From an uncultured Candidatus Saccharibacteria bacterium (GTDB lineage: Bacteria; Patescibacteriota; Saccharimonadia; Saccharimonadales; CAIOMD01): a stretch of DNA of 64,000 nt. The DNA lies in assembly GCA_903859365.1 (NCBI GenBank), contig CAIOMD010000002.1, forward strand, positions 17,931-81,930, in the 5' to 3' direction. Of this stretch, positions 60,519 through 64,000 are shown piece by piece. The translations under genes and the position numbers were made by a program. The notes below the pieces were generated by a model that saw nothing but the letters and a program-made list of their open reading frames with translations, did no database searches and was not told the origin of the DNA. How positions within the stretch are numbered: position 1 is the stretch's first letter; every line of letters begins with the position of its first letter.

Positions 60519-62351
60519 ATGTGCGGAATTGTTGGCTTTGTTGGGGATAAAAATGCAGTTGAGCCGGTTTTGTGTGGACTAAGAAACTTAGAGTATAGGG
60601 GATATGATTCAGCGGGAGTTGCATTTTATGATGGAAGTAAAATCAGAAACGTAAAGCAAGCTGGACGAGTTGCGGCACTTGAAAATGAACTCGTAGATCT
60701 AGATATCATAAACACAAAAACTGCTATTGGGCATACTCGCTGGGCAACACATGGAACGCCTACAAAATTAAATGCTCATCCTCATTACAATAAAGACAAG
60801 ACCATTTTTGTTGTACATAACGGCATTATTGAAAATCACCAGGAGCTACGATCAATGCTTGAGGCAAAAGGGTATCATTTCGTTTCGCATACCGACACAG
60901 AAGTAGTCCCTCATCTCATAGATTTTTATTATCAAAAAACAAAAGACATGGAACAAGCATTTACGTCTGCCATAAATGATCTTAGCGGAGCCTATGCAAT
61001 TGTTATGATGTCAGAAATTGAGCCAAATAAAATATTAGCAGCAAAGCTCTCAAGTCCACTCGCTATTGGAGTAGGAAAGAAAAATAATATGGTTGGCTCG
61101 GATGCTTCTGCAGTTGCTGATGCGGCCAAAAAAATAGTGTATCTCGAGGATTATGAAATAGCCATTGTAGAAAAAAATAAATATAAGATTCGAAATTTAA
61201 AAAATAAAAAGATTGTAACTCGTAATCCTGAAGATTTATTACTTGAAGACGTGAGATCCTCAAAAGGATCATTTGAGCATTTCATGCTTAAGGAAATTCA
61301 TGAAGCACCAAAAACTATTCAAAATGCAATCCTGGGAAGAATTAAAATTGAAACAAATGAAATTAAATTAGGAGGCCTGGATTCAGTAGCCAATCAACTT
61401 AGGAATATAGATCGAATAATAATCGTATCCTGCGGCACATCTTACATCGCAGGTCTGGTTGGCGAATACCTTATTGAAGAGTTAGCTGAAGTACCCGTAG
61501 AAGTGCAACTTGCTAGCGAATTTAAATATCGAAAAGAACCTTATAGCCCAAATACTGCAATCCTGGCAATATCCCAAAGTGGCGAAACTGCCGACACGAT
61601 TGCCGCACTCAAAAAGATTGAACCACAAGGCCTTCTGACACTTGGAATCGTAAATAGCCCGGGAAGTACAATCTCTCGAATGACAAAAGCAGGGATATAT
61701 TGTCATGCAGGACCCGAAATTTCTGTTGCAAGCACAAAGGCATTTACTGCTCAAGTGACTATATTGGTACTACTCGCATTGTCGCTTGGAAAAAATAGGA
61801 GCAAACTCTACAAGGATCTTCTCGTAGAACTAGCAAGCTTACCGAAAACTGCAGAAAAGATATTAAGTCTGTCTCCGGCCATTAAAGAAATCGCAATACG
61901 CTATTCCCATCATCGAGATTTCATGTTTATAGGTCGCGGCTATGAATATCCTGTTGCCCTAGAGGGATCTTTGAAGCTTAAAGAAATTAGCTACATTCAC
62001 GCAGAAGCATATGCGGGTGGCGAACTTAAACACGGCCCCCTCGCTCTCATTGACGAGAACTTCCCTACACTTGCTCTCGCTAGCAGCCCAACGCTTTTCG
62101 ATAAAACTGCAAGCAATATTCAAGAAATTAAGGCTCGCGGTGGTAAGACTATTGTCGTAACAACCAAGAAACAACAGAAGCACTTTAAAACAATTGCTGA
62201 TGATTTAATTATTATCCCTGAAGTATCCGACCAATTATCTCCCATACTTGAAGCCATTGTCGTTCAGCTATTCTCCTACTTTATTGCTGCCGAAAAAGGT
62301 TGCGACATTGACAAGCCAAGAAATCTTGCTAAGTCCGTAACCGTTGAATAG
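60519..62351 (+). CDS. glmS: glutamine--fructose-6-phosphate aminotransferase
   Basis: MCGIVGF N-terminal nucleophile Cys, two SIS domains, C-terminal KSVTVE. 610 aa. Confidence 0.95.
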   Translation: MCGIVGFVGDKNAVEPVLCGLRNLEYRGYDSAGVAFYDGSKIRNVKQAGRVAALENELVDLDIINTKTAIGHTRWATHGTPTKLNAHPHYNKDKTIFVVHNGIIENHQELRSMLEAKGYHFVSHTDTEVVPHLIDFYYQKTKDMEQAFTSAINDLSGAYAIVMMSEIEPNKILAAKLSSPLAIGVGKKNNMVGSDASAVADAAKKIVYLEDYEIAIVEKNKYKIRNLKNKKIVTRNPEDLLLEDVRSSKGSFEHFMLKEIHEAPKTIQNAILGRIKIETNEIKLGGLDSVANQLRNIDRIIIVSCGTSYIAGLVGEYLIEELAEVPVEVQLASEFKYRKEPYSPNTAILAISQSGETADTIAALKKIEPQGLLTLGIVNSPGSTISRMTKAGIYCHAGPEISVASTKAFTAQVTILVLLALSLGKNRSKLYKDLLVELASLPKTAEKILSLSPAIKEIAIRYSHHRDFMFIGRGYEYPVALEGSLKLKEISYIHAEAYAGGELKHGPLALIDENFPTLALASSPTLFDKTASNIQEIKARGGKTIVVTTKKQQKHFKTIADDLIIIPEVSDQLSPILEAIVVQLFSYFIAAEKGCDIDKPRNLAKSVTVE

Positions 62352-63398
62352 CTAATCAGTATTTTTTATCTTTTTTGATATCTCTCCAACTTTATGGCTG
62401 AGATCTTTTCTGGCTACAAGGATGCCGTCATCTGTGTTCACGACCACTACATTATCCAGTCCAATAACTACTAAAGGCTTTTTGGTTTCGTTTCTTATAT
62501 AGGCATTTTCGTTTTCAATACTATGTATATTATTTCCTTTGGTGTGGTTTCCGTGTTCATCACTTTCATTTGCTTCATGCAAATCCTTGAAACTCCCCAC
62601 ATCCATCCAGTCAAAAACTGCAGGCAAAACAAGTAAGTTTTTACTTTTTTCAATTAACGCTATATCGATAACTTCTGTTTTTAGTGATACGTAAAATTTT
62701 TTGTATTCATCAGAATAGATATCTTTTAACCTATTAAGTGATAGGTAATTATCGTACAGTTGAGGCGCATTTGCTTTCATTTCACTTAAGAAAGTTTTTA
62801 TTGATCCAACAAAATATCCACAATTCCAGAGATAGTTGCCTGCTTTTAAGTATTTTTTGGCAGTAGTAAAATCAGGTTTTTCTTTAAAGCTATCGACCGA
62901 ATAACTACCCTTAAAAGCCCCTTCTTCATGACCTTTTTCTATATATCCAAAACCTGTTGCAGGACTGGTAGGCTCAATACCAATTAATACAATTTTATTC
63001 ATTGCAGCAGATATCTCTGATGCAGATTGAAAGGTTCTTACAAAGCCTTTAATATCCCTGATGTGATGATCTGCATGTATAAATGCTATGGGCTCGCTGG
63101 TGCCGTGTTTTTGTTGAATATACGCCAGTGACTCAACGACACAGTTAGCGGTCCCTCTTCTAGTTGGTTCAACTATAAACTGCTCATCGCTTAGATCAGG
63201 CAGCTGTTTTTTTATATGAGCAATATGGCTTCCGTCTGGAATAACGTAAATGTCATCAGATATTAATTTCGCCCTTTCATACGTATTCTGCACCATTGAA
63301 AGCTCATTCGTAAGCTTTAAGAGTTGCTTAGGGTAGATATCTGTACTTAGTGGCCACAGCCTCGAGCCTGAGCCTCCAGCAATAATTACAATAATCAT
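62352..63398 (-). CDS. sugar-1-phosphate nucleotidyltransferase (mannose-1-phosphate guanylyltransferase-like)
   Basis: IIAGGSGSRLWPLS N-terminal motif. 348 aa, without the C-terminal isomerase domain. Confidence 0.8.
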   Translation of the reverse strand: MIIVIIAGGSGSRLWPLSTDIYPKQLLKLTNELSMVQNTYERAKLISDDIYVIPDGSHIAHIKKQLPDLSDEQFIVEPTRRGTANCVVESLAYIQQKHGTSEPIAFIHADHHIRDIKGFVRTFQSASEISAAMNKIVLIGIEPTSPATGFGYIEKGHEEGAFKGSYSVDSFKEKPDFTTAKKYLKAGNYLWNCGYFVGSIKTFLSEMKANAPQLYDNYLSLNRLKDIYSDEYKKFYVSLKTEVIDIALIEKSKNLLVLPAVFDWMDVGSFKDLHEANESDEHGNHTKGNNIHSIENENAYIRNETKKPLVVIGLDNVVVVNTDDGILVARKDLSHKVGEISKKIKNTD

Positions 63399-63444
63399 AT
63401 ATAAGTAGTATACGTTACTGCCGAAGACGTCATACTTGCCCAGA

Positions 63445-63472
63445 TTGACTTATCTGTGGAAAGATATACAAT
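63445..63472 (+). promoter_or_regulatory. candidate sigma70-type promoter
   Basis: TTGACT (63445-63450), 16-nt spacer, TACAAT (63467-63472), 27 nt upstream of the ATG at 63500. Confidence 0.4.
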
Positions 63473-63499
63473 TAAAAGTATCAAATATAAAATAAAAAT

Positions 63500-64000
63500 A
63501 TGAAAAAAGATCGCAAAAAGAAATTATTATCACGAAAAATTATTCTAGTAATAGCCCTTATCTCATTGGCAGCACTTGCTCTAGTTTACGTTTTAAAAAT
63601 TAACGACTACTATCCTTTTAGTAAAAAACAACCCTCTTCTCAGCCAGCATCGGCTACGGGAGTTAATAAGGTTAAATATACGTCAGCAGCTCCGAACGAG
63701 CAGCTCTCTCCTTCGCAAAAAACGCAAGACACCAACACCACCCCTTCTGCTACAACTACTAGCAATGTAATTTCAATTATATTGAATGCTGCAGGGCAAG
63801 ACGCTAAGGGCGGTCCAGTATCCGTTGCTGCAAAAATTTCTGGAGTAACTTCAGGCACATGTGTAATTTCATTGAGCAGGGATGCAGTGCTAAAAAACTA
63901 TTCGGCAAATATTATTTGGGAAGGAAGCTTTTATGGGTGTGTTTATAGCATTCCTTTTGCCGATATATCCGCAGGTACTTGGATTTTAAATTTATCAATA
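63500..64000 (+). CDS. hypothetical membrane-anchored protein, N-terminal part (runs off right edge)
   Basis: Own translation MKKDRKKKLLSRKIILVIALISLAALALVYVLKINDYYPF...: basic N-terminus, one TM, Ser/Thr/Pro-rich linker. Open to the window end. Confidence 0.55.
   Translation, partial: MKKDRKKKLLSRKIILVIALISLAALALVYVLKINDYYPFSKKQPSSQPASATGVNKVKYTSAAPNEQLSPSQKTQDTNTTPSATTTSNVISIILNAAGQDAKGGPVSVAAKISGVTSGTCVISLSRDAVLKNYSANIIWEGSFYGCVYSIPFADISAGTWILNLSI

Overview
Gene-dense, low-GC bacterial chromosome segment. About 85 protein genes, most on the minus strand, six tRNAs, and no rRNA, CRISPR array, transposase or integrase that I can recognise. The left two thirds is mostly housekeeping: a CIRCE-controlled hrcA-grpE-dnaK-dnaJ operon, bcp, lepA, murJ, ftsH, tilS, three CAU-anticodon tRNAs, an RRM RNA-binding protein, dus, an ABC-2 exporter, a MurC-like ligase, MscS, an archaeal-type aspS, DsbA and a Kef-type antiporter. 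The right end (54.9-63.4 kb) is a cell-envelope glycan cluster: GtrA, an O-antigen-ligase-like protein, a methyltransferase, a priming sugar transferase, GT4, glmS and a ManC-like gene. The content (small genes, many ORFan membrane-anchored proteins, a type IV pilin-like protein, type-2 AspRS, a short HrcA, almost no metabolism) suggests a Patescibacteria/CPR (Saccharibacteria-like) genome; this is inference only. The most interesting region is 47.6-54.3 kb. A tRNA-Asn gene is followed by four accessory modules carrying a GC-rich GNAT, a pilin-like protein plus Fic, a second Fic with a wHTH domain, a frameshifted Nudix, a J-domain membrane protein and others. Each module ends in a degenerate copy of the tRNA-Asn 3' end. 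Two of these copies head a ~248-nt conserved non-coding element present twice (47644-47891 and 50352-50598). It has conserved hairpins, two compensatory base-pair changes and an intrinsic-terminator-like hairpin, so it is a candidate undescribed structured RNA or att-arm element. Other notable items: two identical tRNA-Lys genes bracketing a leaderless vapBC plus nucleotidyltransferase insert; a RimK / RimB-like / DUF1704 module; a transmembrane-less P-type-ATPase-like protein next to an operon of membrane protein, ATP-cone protein and cysteine-less disulfide-reductase homologue; a cysteine-free MutY-like glycosylase; and several small ORFs with their own expression signals. At least four accessory genes have a -10 box 6-9 nt upstream of the ATG, consistent with leaderless or near-leaderless mRNAs. 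All calls come from reading the sequence and the ORF translations; no database search was possible.
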